Assembly (NCBI GenBank): GCA_964247055.1
Contig: OZ176053.1
Coordinates: 13,206,001 to 13,270,000, forward strand
Origin: Paragordius varius
Lineage: Eukaryota > Animalia > Nematomorpha
Reading direction: 5' to 3'
DNA: 64,000 nucleotides
The translations under genes and the position numbers were made by a program. The first letter of the stretch is position 1, and every line of letters starts with the position of its first letter. The notes under the pieces are model-generated. The model had not been told where the DNA came from. It was given only the letters and a program-made list of their open reading frames with translations, and made no database searches. Below, one piece after another: positions 38,901 through 53,300 of the stretch.

Positions 38901-40875
38901 TCGTTGTATAAATCGGATATGAAAGAGTTTGTCAAACTATCTCTATTATTTGATGTAGTTTAGCTAAGAGAATGTATAAAAAATTATTTTGTTCACCGGT
39001 GACCAATATCCGATTTTTAAGGACAAAGTTTAACTTGAGTATTGATGCGACGAGTTTAATACATTAATTTTTAAAGTATAGTTGTAAAAATCGGATATGA
39101 AAGAGGTTGTCAAACTATCTCTATATTTTGATGTAGTCTTACTAAGAGAATGTATAAAAAATAATTTTGTTCACCGGTGACCAATATCCGATTTTTAAGG
39201 ACAAAGTTTAACTTGAGTATTGATACGATTTATTGATACGACTAGTTTTATACATTAATTTTTAAAGTATCGTTGTAAAAATCGGATATGAAAGAGTTTG
39301 TTAAACTATCTCTATATTTTGATGTAGTCTTACTAAGAGAATGTATAAAAAATAATTTTGTTCACCGGTGACCAATATCCGATTTTTAAGGACAAAGTTT
39401 AACTTGAGTATTGATACGATTAATTGATACGACTAGTTTTATACATTAATTTTTAAAGTATCGTTGTAAAAATCGGATATGAAAGAGTTTGTCAAACTAT
39501 CTCTATATTTTGATGTAGTCTTACTAAGAGAATGTATAAAAAATAATTTTGTTCACCAGTGACCAATATCCGATTTTTAAGGACAAAGTTTAACTTGAGT
39601 ATTGATGCGACTAGTTTAACACATTAATTTTTAAAGTATCGTTGTAAAAATCGGATATGAAAGAGTTTGTCAAACTATCTCTATATTTTGATGTAGTCTT
39701 ACTAAGAGAATGTATAAAAAATAATTTTGTTCACCGGTGACCAATATCCGATTTTTAAGGACAAAGTTTAACTTGAGTATTGATGCGACTAGTTTAATAC
39801 ATTAATTTTTAAAGTATCGTTGTAAAAATCGGATATGAAAGAGTTTGTCAAACTATCTCTATATTTTGATGTAGTCTTACTAAGAGAATGTATAAAAAAT
39901 TATTTGTTCACCGGGGACCAATATCCGATTTTTAAGGACAAAGTTTAACTTGAGTAATCATGCGACTAGTTTTATACATTAATTTTTAAAGTATTGTTGT
40001 AAAAATCGCATATGAAAGAGTTTGCCAAACTATCTCTATATTTATATGTAGTCCTACTAAGAGAATGTATAAAAAAAATTTTGTTCACCAGTGACCAATA
40101 TCCGATTTTTAAGGACAAAGTTTAACTTGAGTATTGATGCGACTTATTGATACGATTAGTTTTATACATTAATTTATAAAGTATTGTTGTAATAATCGGA
40201 TATGGAAAGAGTTTGTCAAACTATCTCTATATTTTGATGTAGTCTTACTAAGAGAATGTATAAAAAATTATTTTGTTCACCGGTGACCAATATCCGATTT
40301 ATAAGGATTAAGTTTAACTTGAGTATTGATGCGACTTATTGATACGATTAGTTTTATACATTAATTTATAAAGTATTGTTGTAATAATCGGATATGAAAG
40401 AGTTTGTCAAACTATCTCTATATTTTGATGTAATCTTGCTAAGAGAATGTATAAAAAATAATTTTGTTCACCGGTGACCAATATCCGATTTTTAAGGACA
40501 AAGTTTAACTTGAATATTGATGCGACTAGTTTAATACATTAATTTTTAAAGTATAGTTGTAAAAATCGGATATGAAAGAGTTTGTCAAACTATCTCTATA
40601 TTTTGATGTAGTCTTACTAAGAGAATGTATAAAAAATAATTTTGTTCACCGGTGACCAATATCCGATTTTTAAGGACAAAGTTTAACGTGAGTATTGATA
40701 CGATTTATTGATACGACTAGTTTTATACATTAATTTTTAAAGTATCGTTGTAAAAATCGAATATGAAAGAGTTTGTCAAACTATCTCTATATTTTGGTGT
40801 AGTCTTACTAAGAGAATGTATAAAAAATAATTTTGTTCACCGGTGACCAATATCCGATTTTTAAGGACAAAGTTT
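32976..40875 (+). repeat. 25-monomer tandem duplication, 4584-bp period
   Basis: Offsets 32976>37560 and 33344>37928. The rare gagctt SNP is at 33800 and 38384. Further shared rare SNPs: cttaatg, gtataaatc, gaggttg, gttaaac. Confidence 0.9.
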
Positions 40876-43800
40876 AACTTGAGTATTGATGCGACGAGTT
40901 TAACACATTAATTTTTAAAGTATCGTTGTAAAAATCGGATATGAAAGAGTTTGTCAAACTATCTCTAATATTTGATGTAGTCTTACTAAGAGAATGTATA
41001 AAAAATAATTTTGTTCACCGGTGACCAATATCCGATTTTTAAGGACAAAGTTTAACTTGAGTATTGATGCGACTAGTTTAATACATTAATTTTTAAAGTA
41101 TTGTTGTAAAAATCGGATATGAAAGAGTTTGCCAAACTATCTCTATATTTTGATGTAGTCTTACTAAGAGAATGTATAAAAAATAATTTTGTTCACCGGT
41201 GACCAATATCCGATTTTTAAGGACAAAGTTTAACTTGAGTATTGATACGATTTATTGATACGACTAGTTTTATACATTAATTTTTAAAGTATCGTTGTAA
41301 AAATCGGATATGAAAGAGTTTGTCAAACTATCTCTATAATTTGATGTAGTCTTACTAAGAGAATGTATAAAAGATTATTTTGTTCACCGGTGACCAATAT
41401 CCGATTTTTAAGGACAAAGTTTAACTTGAGTATTGATGCGACTTATTGATACGACTAGTTTTATACATTAATTTATAAAGTATCGTTGTAAAAATCGGAT
41501 ATGAAAGAGTTTGTCAAACTATCTCTATTATTTGATGTAGTCTTGCTAAGAGAATGTATAAAAAATTATTTTGTTCACCGGTGACCAATATCCGATTTTT
41601 AAGGACAAAGTTTAACTTGAGTATTGATGCGACGAGTTTAATACATTAATTTTTAAAGTATAGTTGTAAAAATCGGATATGAAAGAGTTTGTCAAACTAT
41701 CTCTATATTTTGATGTAGTCTTACTAAGAGAATGTATAAAAAATAATTTTGTTCACCGGTGACCAATATCCGATTTTTAAGGACAAAGTTTAACTTGAGT
41801 ATTGATACGATTTATTGATACGACTAGTTTTATACATTAATTTTTAAAGTATCGTTGTAAAAATCGGATATGAAAGAGTTTGTCAAACTATCTCTATAAT
41901 TTGATGTAGTCTTACTAAGAGAATGTATAAAAGATTATTTTGTTCACCGGTGACCAATATCCGATTTTTAAGGACAAAGTTTAACTGGAGTATTGATGCG
42001 ACTTATTGATACGACTAGTTTTATACATTAATTTATAAAGTATCGTTGTAAAAATCGGATATGAAAGAGTTTGTCAAACTATCTCTATTATTTGATGTAG
42101 TCTTGCTAAGAGAATGTATAAAAAATTATTTTGTTCACCGGTGACCAATATCCGATTTTTAAGGACAAAGTTTAACTTGAGTATTGATGCGACTAGTTTA
42201 ATACATTAATTTTTAAAGTATCGTTGTAAAAATCGGATATGAAAGAGTTTGTCAAACTATCTCTATATTTTGATGTAGTCTTACTAAGAGAATGTATAAA
42301 AAATTATTTTGTTCACCGGGGACCAATATCCGATTTTTAAGGATAAGTTTAACTTGAGTATTGATACGATTTATTGATACGACTAGTTTTATACATTAAT
42401 TTTTAAAGTATCGTTGTAAAAATCGAATATGAAAGAGTTTGTCAAACTATCTCTATATTTTGGTGTAGTCTTACTAAGAGAATGTATAAAAAATAATTTT
42501 GTTCACCGGTGACCAATATCCGATTTTTAAGGACAAAGTTTAACTTGAGTATTGATGCGACGAGTTTAACACATTAATTTTTAAAGTATCGTTGTAAAAA
42601 TCGGATATGAAAGAGTTTGTCAAACTATCTCTAATATTTGATGTAGTCTTACTAAGAGAATGTATAAAAAATAATTTTGTTCACCGGTGACCAATATCCG
42701 ATTTTTAAGGACAAAGTTTAACTTGAGTATTGATGCGACTAGTTTAATACATTAATTTTTAAAGTATTGTTGTAAAAATCGGATATGAAAGAGTTTGCCA
42801 AACTATCTCTATATTTTGATGTAGTTTTACTAAGAGAATGTATAAAAAATAATTTTGTTCACCGGTGACCAATATCCGATTTTTAAGGACAAAGTTTAAC
42901 TTGAGTATTGATACGATTTATTGATACGACTAGTTTTATACATTAATTTTTAAAGTATCGTTGTAAAAATCGGATATGAAAGAGTTTGTCAAACTATCTC
43001 TATAATTTGATGTAGTCTTACTAAGAGAATGTATAAAAGATTATTTTGTTCACCGGTGACCAATATCCGATTTTTAAGGACAAAGTTTAACTTGAGTATT
43101 GATGCGACTTATTGATACGACTAGTTTTATACATTAATTTATAAAGTATCGTTGTAAAAATCGGATATGAAAGAGTTTGTCAAACTATCTCTATTATTTG
43201 ATGTAGTCTTGCTAAGAGAATGTATAAAAAATTATTTTGTTCACCGGTGACCAATATCCGATTTTTAAGGACAAAGTTTAACTTGAGTATTGATGCGACG
43301 AGTTTAATACATTAATTGTTAAAGTATAGTTGTAAAAATCGGATATGAAAGAGTTTGTCAAACTATCTCTATATTTTGATGTAGTCTTACTAAGAGAATG
43401 TATAAAAAATAATTTTGTTCACCGGTGACCAATATCCGATTTTTAAGGACAAAGTTTAACTTGAGTATTGATACGATTTATTGATACGACTAGTTTTATA
43501 CATTAATTTTTAAAGTATCGTTGTAAAAATCGGATATGAAAGAGTTTGTCAAACTATCTCTATAATTTGATGTAGTCTTACTAAGAGAATGTATAAAAGA
43601 TTATTTTGTTCACCGGTGACCAATATCCGATTTTTAAGGACAAAGTTTAACTTGAGTATTGATGCGACTTATTGATACGACTAGTTTTATACATTAATTT
43701 ATAAAGTATCGTTGTAAAAATCGGATATGAAAGAGTTTGTCAAACTATCTCTATTATTTGATGTAGTCTTGCTAAGAGAATGTATAAAAAATTATTTTGT

Positions 43801-44016
43801 TCACCGGTGACCAATATCCGATTTTTAAGGACAAAGTTTAACTTGAGTATTGATGCGACTAGTTTAATACATTAATTTTTAAAGTATCGTTGTAAAAATC
43901 GGATATGAAAGAGTTTGTCAAACTATCTCTATATTTTGATGTAGTCTTACTAAGAGAATGTATAAAAAATTATTTTGTTCACCGGGGACCAATATCCGAT
44001 TTTTAAGGATAAGTTT
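40685..44016 (+). repeat. 9-monomer tandem duplication, 1666-bp period, with an internal 560-bp trimer repeat
   Basis: Offsets 40685>42351 and 40876>42542, with shared ttttggtg and gacgag+aacac. O at 41232>41792 and 42898>43458 is 560 bp apart. Confidence 0.88.
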
Positions 44017-45313
44017 AACTTGAGTATTGATGCGACTTATTGATACGACTAGTTTTATACATTAATTTATAAAGTATCGTTGTAAAAATCGGATATGAAA
44101 GAGTTTGTCAAAATATCTCTATTATTTGATGTAGTCTTACTAAGAGAATGTATAAAAAATAATTTTGTTCACCGGTGACCAATATCCGATTTTTAAGGAC
44201 AAAGTTTAACTTGAGTTTTGATGCGACTGGTTTAATACCATAATTTTTAAAGTATCGTTGTACAATCCGGATATGAAAGAGTTTGTCAAACTATCTTTAT
44301 ATTTTTATGTAGTCTTACTAAGAAAATGTATAAAAAACTATTTTGTTCACCGGTGACCAATATCCGATTTTTAAGGACAAAGTTTAACTTGAGTATTGAT
44401 GCGACTAGTTTAATACATTAATTTTTAAAGTATCGTTGTAAAAATCGGATATGGAAAGAGTTTGTCAAACTATCTCTATATTTTGATGTAGTCTTACTAA
44501 GAGAATGTATAAAAAAAATTTTGCTCACCGGTGACCAATATCCGATTTTTAAGGACAAAGTTTAACTTGAGTATTGATGCGACTTATTGATACGACTAGT
44601 TTACACATTAATTTATAAAGTATCGTTGTAAAAATCGGATATGAAAGAGTTTGTCAAACTATCTCTATTATTTGATGTAGTTTAGCTAAGAGAATGTATA
44701 AAAAATTATTTTGTTCACCGGTGACCAATATCCAATTTTTAAGGACAAAGTTTAACTTGAGTATTGATGCGACGAGTTTAATACATTAATTTTTAAAGTA
44801 TAGTTGTAAAAATCGGATATGAAAGAGATTGTCAAACTATCTCTATATTTTGATGTAGTCTTACTAAGAGAATGTATAAAAAATAATTAAGTTCACCGGT
44901 GACCAATATCCGATTTTTAAGGACAAAGTTTAACTTGAGTATTGATACGATTTATTGATACGACTAGTTTTATACATTAATTTTTAAAGTATCGTTGTAA
45001 AAATCGGATATGAAAGAGTTTGTCAAACTATCTCTATAATTTGATGTAGTCTTACTAAGAGTATGTATAAAAGATTATTTTGTTCACCGGTGACCAATAT
45101 CCGATTTTTAAGGACAAAGTTTAACTTGAGTATTGATGCGACTTATTGATACGACTAGTTTTATACATTAATTTATAAAGTATCGTTGTAAAAATCGGAT
45201 ATGAAAGAGTTTGTCAAACTATCTCTATTATTTGATGTAGTCTTGCTAAGAGAATGTATAAAAAATTATTTTGTTCACCGGTGACCAATATCCGATTTTT
45301 AAGGACAAAGTTT

Positions 45314-47324
45314 AACTTGAGTATTGATGCGACTAGTTTAATACATTAATTTTTAAAGTATCGTTGTAAAAATCGGATATGAAAGAGTTTGTCAAACTAT
45401 CTCTATATTTTGATGTAGTCTTACTAAGAGAATGTATAAAAAATTATTTTGTTCACCGGGGACCAATATCCGATTTTTAAGGATAAGTTTAACTTGAGTA
45501 TTGATGCGACTTATTGATACGACTAGTTTTATACATTAATTTATAAAGTATCGTTGTAAAAATCGGATATGAAAGAGTTTGTCAAAATATCTCTATTATT
45601 TGATGTAGTCTTACTAAGAGAATGTATAAAAAATAATTTTGTTCACCGGTGACCAATATCCGATTTTTAAGGATAAGTTTAACTTGAGTATTGATGCGAC
45701 TTATTGATACGACTAGTTTTATACATTAATTTTTAAAGTATCGTTGTACAATCCGGATATGAAAGAGTTTGTCAAACTATCTTTATATTTTGATGTAGTC
45801 TTACTAAGAAAATGTATAAAAAACTATTTTGTTCACCGGTGACCAATATCCGATTTTTAAGGACAAAGTTTAACTTGAGTATTGATGCGACTAGTTTAAT
45901 ACATTAATTTTTAAAGTATCGTTGTAAAAATCGGATATGGAAAGAGTTTGTCAAACTATCTCTATATTTTGATGTAGTCTTACTAAGAAAATGTATAAAA
46001 AATTATTTTGTTCACCGGTGACCAATATCCGATTTTTAAGGACAAAGTTTAACTTGAGTATTGATGCGACTAGTTTAATACATTAATTTTTAAAGTATCG
46101 TTGTAAAAATCGGATATGGAAAGAGTTTGTCAAACTATCTCTATATTTTGATGTAGTCTTACTAAGAAAATGTATAAAAAATTATTTTGTTCACCGGTGA
46201 CCAATATCCGATTTTTAAGGACAAAGTTTAACTTGAGTATTGATGCGACTAGTTTAATACATTAATTTTTAAAGTATCGTTGTAAAAATCGGATATGAAA
46301 GAGTTTGTCAAACTATCTCTATATTTTGATGTAGTCTTACTAAGAGAATGTATAAAAAATTATTTTGTTCACCGGGGACCAATATCCGATTTTTAAGGAT
46401 AAGTTTAACTTGAGTATTGATGCGACTTATTGATACGACTAGTTTTATACATTAATTTATAAAGTATCGTTGTAAAAATCGGATATGAAAGAGTTTGTCA
46501 AAATATCTCTATTATTTGATGTAGTCTTACTAAGAGAATGTATAAAAAATAATTTTGTTCACCGGTGACCAATATCCGATTTTTAAGGATAAGTTTAACT
46601 TGAGTATTGATGCGACTTATTGATACGACTAGTTTTATACATTAATTTTTAAAGTATCGTTGTACAATCCGGATATGAAAGAGTTTGTCAAACTATCTTT
46701 ATATTTTGATGTAGTCTTACTAAGAAAATGTATAAAAAACTATTTTGTTCACCGGTGACCAATATCCGATTTTTAAGGACAAAGTTTAACTTGAGTATTG
46801 ATGCGACTAGTTTAATACATTAATTTTTAAAGTATCGTTGTAAAAATCGGATATGGAAAGAGTTTGTCAAACTATCTCTATATTTTGATGTAGTCTTACT
46901 AAGAAAATGTATAAAAAATTATTTTGTTCACCGGTGACCAATATCCGATTTTTAAGGACAAAGTTTAACTTGAGTATTGATGCGACTAGTTTAATACATT
47001 AATTTTTAAAGTATCGTTGTAAAAATCGGATATGGAAAGAGTTTGTCAAACTATCTCTATATTTTGATGTAGTCTTACTAAGAAAATGTATAAAAAATTA
47101 TTTTGTTCACCGGTGACCAATATCCGATTTTTAAGGACAAAGTTTAACTTGAGTATTGATGCGACTAGTTTAATACATTAATTTTTAAAGTATCGTTGTA
47201 AAAATCGGATATGGAAAGAGTTTGTCAAACTATCTCTATATTTTGATGTAGTCTTACTAAGAAAATGTATAAAAAATTATTTTGTTCACCGGTGACCAAT
47301 ATCCGATTTTTAAGGACAAAGTTT
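45314..47324 (+). repeat. 5-monomer duplication (916 bp; J-L-L/M-A-A) followed by a run of near-identical 179-bp A monomers
   Basis: Offsets 45314>46230, 45491>46407 and 45681>46597. A monomers start at 46788, 46967 and 47146. Confidence 0.87.
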
Positions 47325-50300
47325 AACTTGAGTATTGATGCGACTAGTTTAATACATTAATTTTTAAAGTATCGTTGTAAAAATCGGATATGGAAAGAGT
47401 TTGTCAAACTATCTCTATATTTTGATGTAGTCTTACTAAGAGAATGTATAAAAAAATATTTTGTTCACCGGGGACCAATATCCGATTTTTATGGACAAAG
47501 TTTAACTTGAGTATTGATGCGACTTATTGATACGATTAGTTTTATACATTAATTTATAAAGTATTGTTGTAATAATCGGATATGAAAGAGTTCGTCAAAC
47601 TATCTCTATATTTTAATGTAGTCTTGCTAAGAGAATGTATAAAAAATAACTTTGTTCACCGGTGACCAATATCCGATTTTTAAGGACAAAGTTTAACTTG
47701 AATATTGATGCGACTAGTTTAATACATTAATTTTTAAAGTATAGTTGTAAAAATCGGATATGAAAGAGTTTGTCAAACTATCTCTATATTTTGATGTAGT
47801 CTTACTAAGAGAATGTATAAAAAATAATTTTGTTCACCGGTGACCAATATCCGATTTTTAAGGACAAAGTTTAACTTGAGTATTGATACGATTAATTGAT
47901 ACGACTAGTTTTATACATTAATTTTTAAAGTATCGTTGTAAAAATCGGATATGAAAGAGTTTGTCAAACTATCTCTATATTTTGATGTAGTCTTACTAAG
48001 AGAATGTATAAAAAATAATTTTGTTCACCAGTGACCAATATCCGATTTTTAAGGACAAAGTTTAACTTGAGTATTGATGCGACTAGTTTAACACATTAAT
48101 TTTTAAAGTATCGTTGTAAAAATCGGATATGAAAGAGTTTGTCAAACTATCTCTATATTTTGATGTAGTCTTACTAAGAGAATGTATAAAAAATAATTTT
48201 GTTCACCGGTGACCAATATCCGATTTTTAAGGACAAAGTTTAACTTGAGTATTGATGCGACTAGTTTAATACATTAATTTTTAAAGTATCGTTGTAAAAA
48301 TCGGATATGAAAGAGTTTGTCAAACTATCTCTATATTTTGATGTAGTCTTACTAAGAGAATGTATAAAAAATTATTTTGTTCACCGGGGACCAATATCCG
48401 ATTTTTAAGGACAAAGTTTAACTTGAGTAATCATGCGACTAGTTTTATACATTAATTTTTAAAGTATTGTTGTAAAAATCGGATATGAAAGAGTTTGCCA
48501 AACTATCTCTATATTTATATGTAGTCCTACTAAGAGAATGTATAAAAAAAATTTTGTTCACCGGTGACCAATATCCGATTTTTAAGGATAAAGTTTAACT
48601 TGAGTATTGATGCGACTTATTGATACGACTAGTTTTATACATTAATTTATAAAGTATCGTTGTAAAAATCGGATATGAATGAGTTTGTCAAACTATCTCT
48701 ATTATTTGATGTAGTCTTGCTAAGAGAATGTATAAAAAATTATTTTGTTCACCGGTGACCAATATCCGATTTTTAAGGACAAAGTTTAACTTGAGTATTG
48801 ATGCGACTAGTTTAATACATTAATTTTTAAAGTATCGTTGTAAAAATCGGATATGAAAGAGTTTGTCAAACTATCTCTATATTTTGATGTAGTCTTACTA
48901 AGAGAATGTATAAAAAATTATTTTGTTCACCGGGGACCAGTATCCGATTTTTAAGGACAAAGTTTAACTTGAGTATTGATGCGACTTATTGATACGACTA
49001 GTTTTATACATAAATTTATAAAGTATCGTTGAAAAATCGGATATGAAAGAGTTTGTCAAACTATCTCTATTATTTGATGTAGTCCTACTAAGAGAATGTA
49101 TAAAAAATAATTTTGTTCACCGGTGACCAATATCCGATTTTTAAGGACAAAGTTTAACTTGAGTATTGATGCGACTAGTTTAATACATTAATTTTTAAAG
49201 TATCGTTGTAAAAATCGGATATGAAAGAGTTTGTCAAACTATCTCTATATTTTGATGTAGTCTTACTAAGAGAATGTATAAAAAATTATTTTGTTCACCG
49301 GGGACCAATATCCGATTTTTAAGGATAAGTTTAACTTGAGTATTGATGCGACTTATTGATACGACTAGTTTTATACATTAATTTATAAAGTATCGTTGTA
49401 AAAATCGGATATGAAAGAGTTTGTCAAAATATCTCTATTATTTGATGTAGTCTTACTAAGAGAATGTATAAAAAATATTTTTCTTCACCGGTGACCAATA
49501 TCCGATTTTTAAGGACAAAGTTTAACTTGAGTTTTGATGCGACTGGTTTAATACCATAATTTTTAAAGTATCGTTGTACAATCCGGATATGAAAGAGTTT
49601 GTCAAACTATCTTTATATTTTGATGTAGTCTTACTAAGAAAATGTATAAAAAACTATTTTGTTCACCGGTGACCAATATCCGATTTTTAAGGACAAAGTT
49701 TAACTTGAGTATTGATACGATTTATTGATACGACTAGTTTTATACATTAATTTTTAAAGTATCGTTGTAAAAATCGGATATGAAAGAGTTTGTCAAACTA
49801 TCTCTATAATTTGATGTAGTCTTACTAAGAGAATGTATAAAAGATTATTTTGTTCACCGGTGACCAATATCCGATTTTTAAGGACAAAGTTTAACTTGAG
49901 TATTGATGCGACTTATTGATAATACTAGTTTTATACATTAATTTATAAAGTATCGTTGTAAAAATCGGATATGAAAGAGTTTGTCAAACTATCTCTATTA
50001 TTTGATGTAGTCTTGCTAAGAGAATGTATAAAAAATTATTTTGTTCACCGGTGATCAATATCCGATTTTTAAGGACAAAGTTTAACTTGAGTATTGATGC
50101 GACTAGTTTAATACATTAATTTTTAAAGTATCGTTGTAAAAATCGGATATGAAAGAGTTTGTCAAACTATCTCTATATTTTGATGTAGTCTTACTAAGAG
50201 AATGTATAAAAAATTATTTTGTTCACCGGGGACCAATATCCGATTTTTAAGGATAAGTTTAACTTGAGTATTGATGCGACTTATTGATACGACTAGTTTT

Positions 50301-53300
50301 ATACATTAATTTATAAAGTATCGTTGTAAAAATCGGATATGAAAGAGTTTGTCAAAATATCTCTATTATTTGATGTAGTCTTACTAAGAGAATGTATAAA
50401 AAATAATTTTGTTCACCGGTGACCAATATCCGATTTTTAAGGACAAAGTTTAACTTGAGTTTTGATGCGACTGGTTTAATACCATAATTTTTAAAGTATC
50501 GTTGTACAATCCGGATATGAAAGAGTTTGTCAAACTATCTTTATATTTTGATGTAGTCTTACTAAGAAAATGTATAAAAAACTATTTTGTTCACCGGTGA
50601 CCAATATCCGATTTTTAAGGACAAAGTTTAACTTGAGTATTGATGCGACTAGTTTAATACATTAATTTTTAAAGTATCGTTGTAAAAATCGGATATGGAA
50701 AGAGTTTGTCAAACTATCTCTATATTTTGATGTAGTCTTACTAAGAAAATGTATAAAAAATTATTTTGTTCACCGGTGACCAATATCCGATTTTTAAGGA
50801 CAAAGTTTAACTTGAGTATTGATGCGACTAGTTTTATACATTAATTTATAAAGTATTGTTGTAATAATCGGATATGAAAGAGTTCGTCAAACTATCTCTA
50901 TATTTTAATGTAGTCTTGCTAAGAGAATGTATAAAAAATAACTTTGTTCACCGGTGACCAATATACGATTTTTAAGGACAAAGTTTAACTTGAATATTGA
51001 TGCGACTAGTTTAATACATTAATTTTTAAAGTATAGTTGTAAAAATCGGATATGAAAGAGTTTGTCAAACTATCTCTATATTTTGATGTAGTCTTACTAA
51101 GAGAATGTATAAAAAATAATTTTGTTCACCGGTGACCAATATCCGATTTTTAAGGACAAAGTTTAACTTGAGTATTGATACGATTAATTGATACGACTAG
51201 TTTTATACATTAATTTTTAAAGTATCGTTGTAAAAATCGGATATGAAAGAGTGTCAAACTATCTCTATATTTTGATGTAGTCTTACTAAGAGAATGTATA
51301 AAAAATAATTTTGTTCACCAGTGACCAATATCCGATTTTTAAGGACAAAGTTTAACTTGAGTATTGATGCGACTAGTTTAACACATTAATTTTTAAAGTA
51401 TCGTTGTAAAAATCGGTGTTGAAAGAGTTTGTCAAACTATCTCTATATTTTGATGTAGTCTTACTAAGAGAATGTATAAAAAATAATTTTGTTCACCGGT
51501 GACCAATATCCGATTTTTAAGGACAAAGTTTAACTTGAGTATTGATACGATTTATTGATACGACTAGTTTTATACATTAATTTTTAAAGTATCGTTGTAA
51601 AAATCGGATATGAAAGAGTTTGTCAAACTATCTCTATAATTTGATGTAGTCTTACTAAGAGAATGTATAAAAGATTATTTTGTTCACCGGTGACCAATAT
51701 CCGATTTTTAAGGACAAAGTTTAACTTGAGTATTGATGCGACTTATTGATAATACTAGTTTTATACATTAATTTATAAAGTATCGTTGTAAAAATCGGAT
51801 ATGAAAGAGTTTGTCAAACTATCTCTATTATTTGATGTAGTCTTGCTAAGAGAATGTATAAAAAATTATTTTGTTCACCGGTGACCAATATCCGATTTTT
51901 AAGGACAAAGTTTAACTTGAGTATTGATGCGACTATTTTAATACATTAATTTTTAAAGTATCGTTGTAAAAATCGGATATGAAAGAGTTTGTCAAACTAT
52001 CTCTATATTTTGATGTAGTCTTACTAAGAGAATGTATAAAAAATTATTTTGTTCACCGGGGACCAATATCCGATTTTTAAGGATAAGTTTAACTTGAGTA
52101 TTGATGCGACTTATTGATACGACTAGTTTTATACATTAATTTATAAAGTATCGTTGTAAAAATCGGATATGAAAGAGTTTGTCAAAATATCTCTATTATT
52201 TGATGTAGTCTTACTAAGAGAATGTATAAAAAATAATTTTGTTCACCGGTGACCAATATCCGATTTTTAAGGACAAAGTTTAACTTGAGTTTTGATGCGA
52301 CTGGTTTAATACCATAATTTTTAAAGTATCGTTGTACAATCCGGATATGAAAGAGTTTGTCAAACTATCTTTATATTTTGATGTAGTCTTACTAAGAAAA
52401 TGTATAAAAAACTATTTTGTTCACCGGTGACCAATATCCGATTTTTAAGGACAAAGTTTAACTTGAGTATTGATGCGACTAGTTTAATACATTAATTTTT
52501 AAAGTATCGTTGTAAAAATCGGATATGGAAAGAGTTTGTCAAACTATCTCTATATTTTGATGTAGTCTTACTAAGAAAATGTATAAAAAATTATTTTGTT
52601 CACCGGTGACCAATATCCGATTTTTAAGGACAAAGTTTAACTTGAGTATTGATGCGACTAGTTTAATACATTAATTTTTAAAGTATCGTTGTAAAAATCG
52701 GATATGGAAAGAGTTTGTCAAACTATCTCTATATTTTGATGTAGTCTTACTAAGAGAATGTATAAAAAAATATTTTGTTCACCGGGGACCAATATCCGAT
52801 TTTTAAGGACAAAGTTTAACTTGAGTATTGATGCGACGAGTTTAATACATTAATTTTTAAAGTATAGTTGTAAAAATCGGATATGAAAGAGATTGTCAAA
52901 CTATCTCTATATTTTGATGTAGTCTTACTAAGAGAATGTATAAAAAATAATTAAGTTCACCGGTGACCAATATCCGATTTTTAAGGACAAAGTTTAACTT
53001 GAGTATTGATACGATTTATTGATACGACTAGTTTTATACATTAATTTTTAAAGTATCGTTGTAAAAATCGGATATGAAAGAGTTTGTCAAACTATCTCTA
53101 TAATTTGATGTAGTCTTACTAAGAGTATGTATAAAAGATTATTTTGTTCACCGGTGACCAATATCCGATTTTTAAGGACAAAGTTTAACTTGAGTATTGA
53201 TGCGACTTATTGATACGACTAGTTTTATACATTAATTTATAAAGTATCGTTGTAAAAATCGGATATGAAAGAGTTTGTCAAACTATCTCTATTATTTGAT

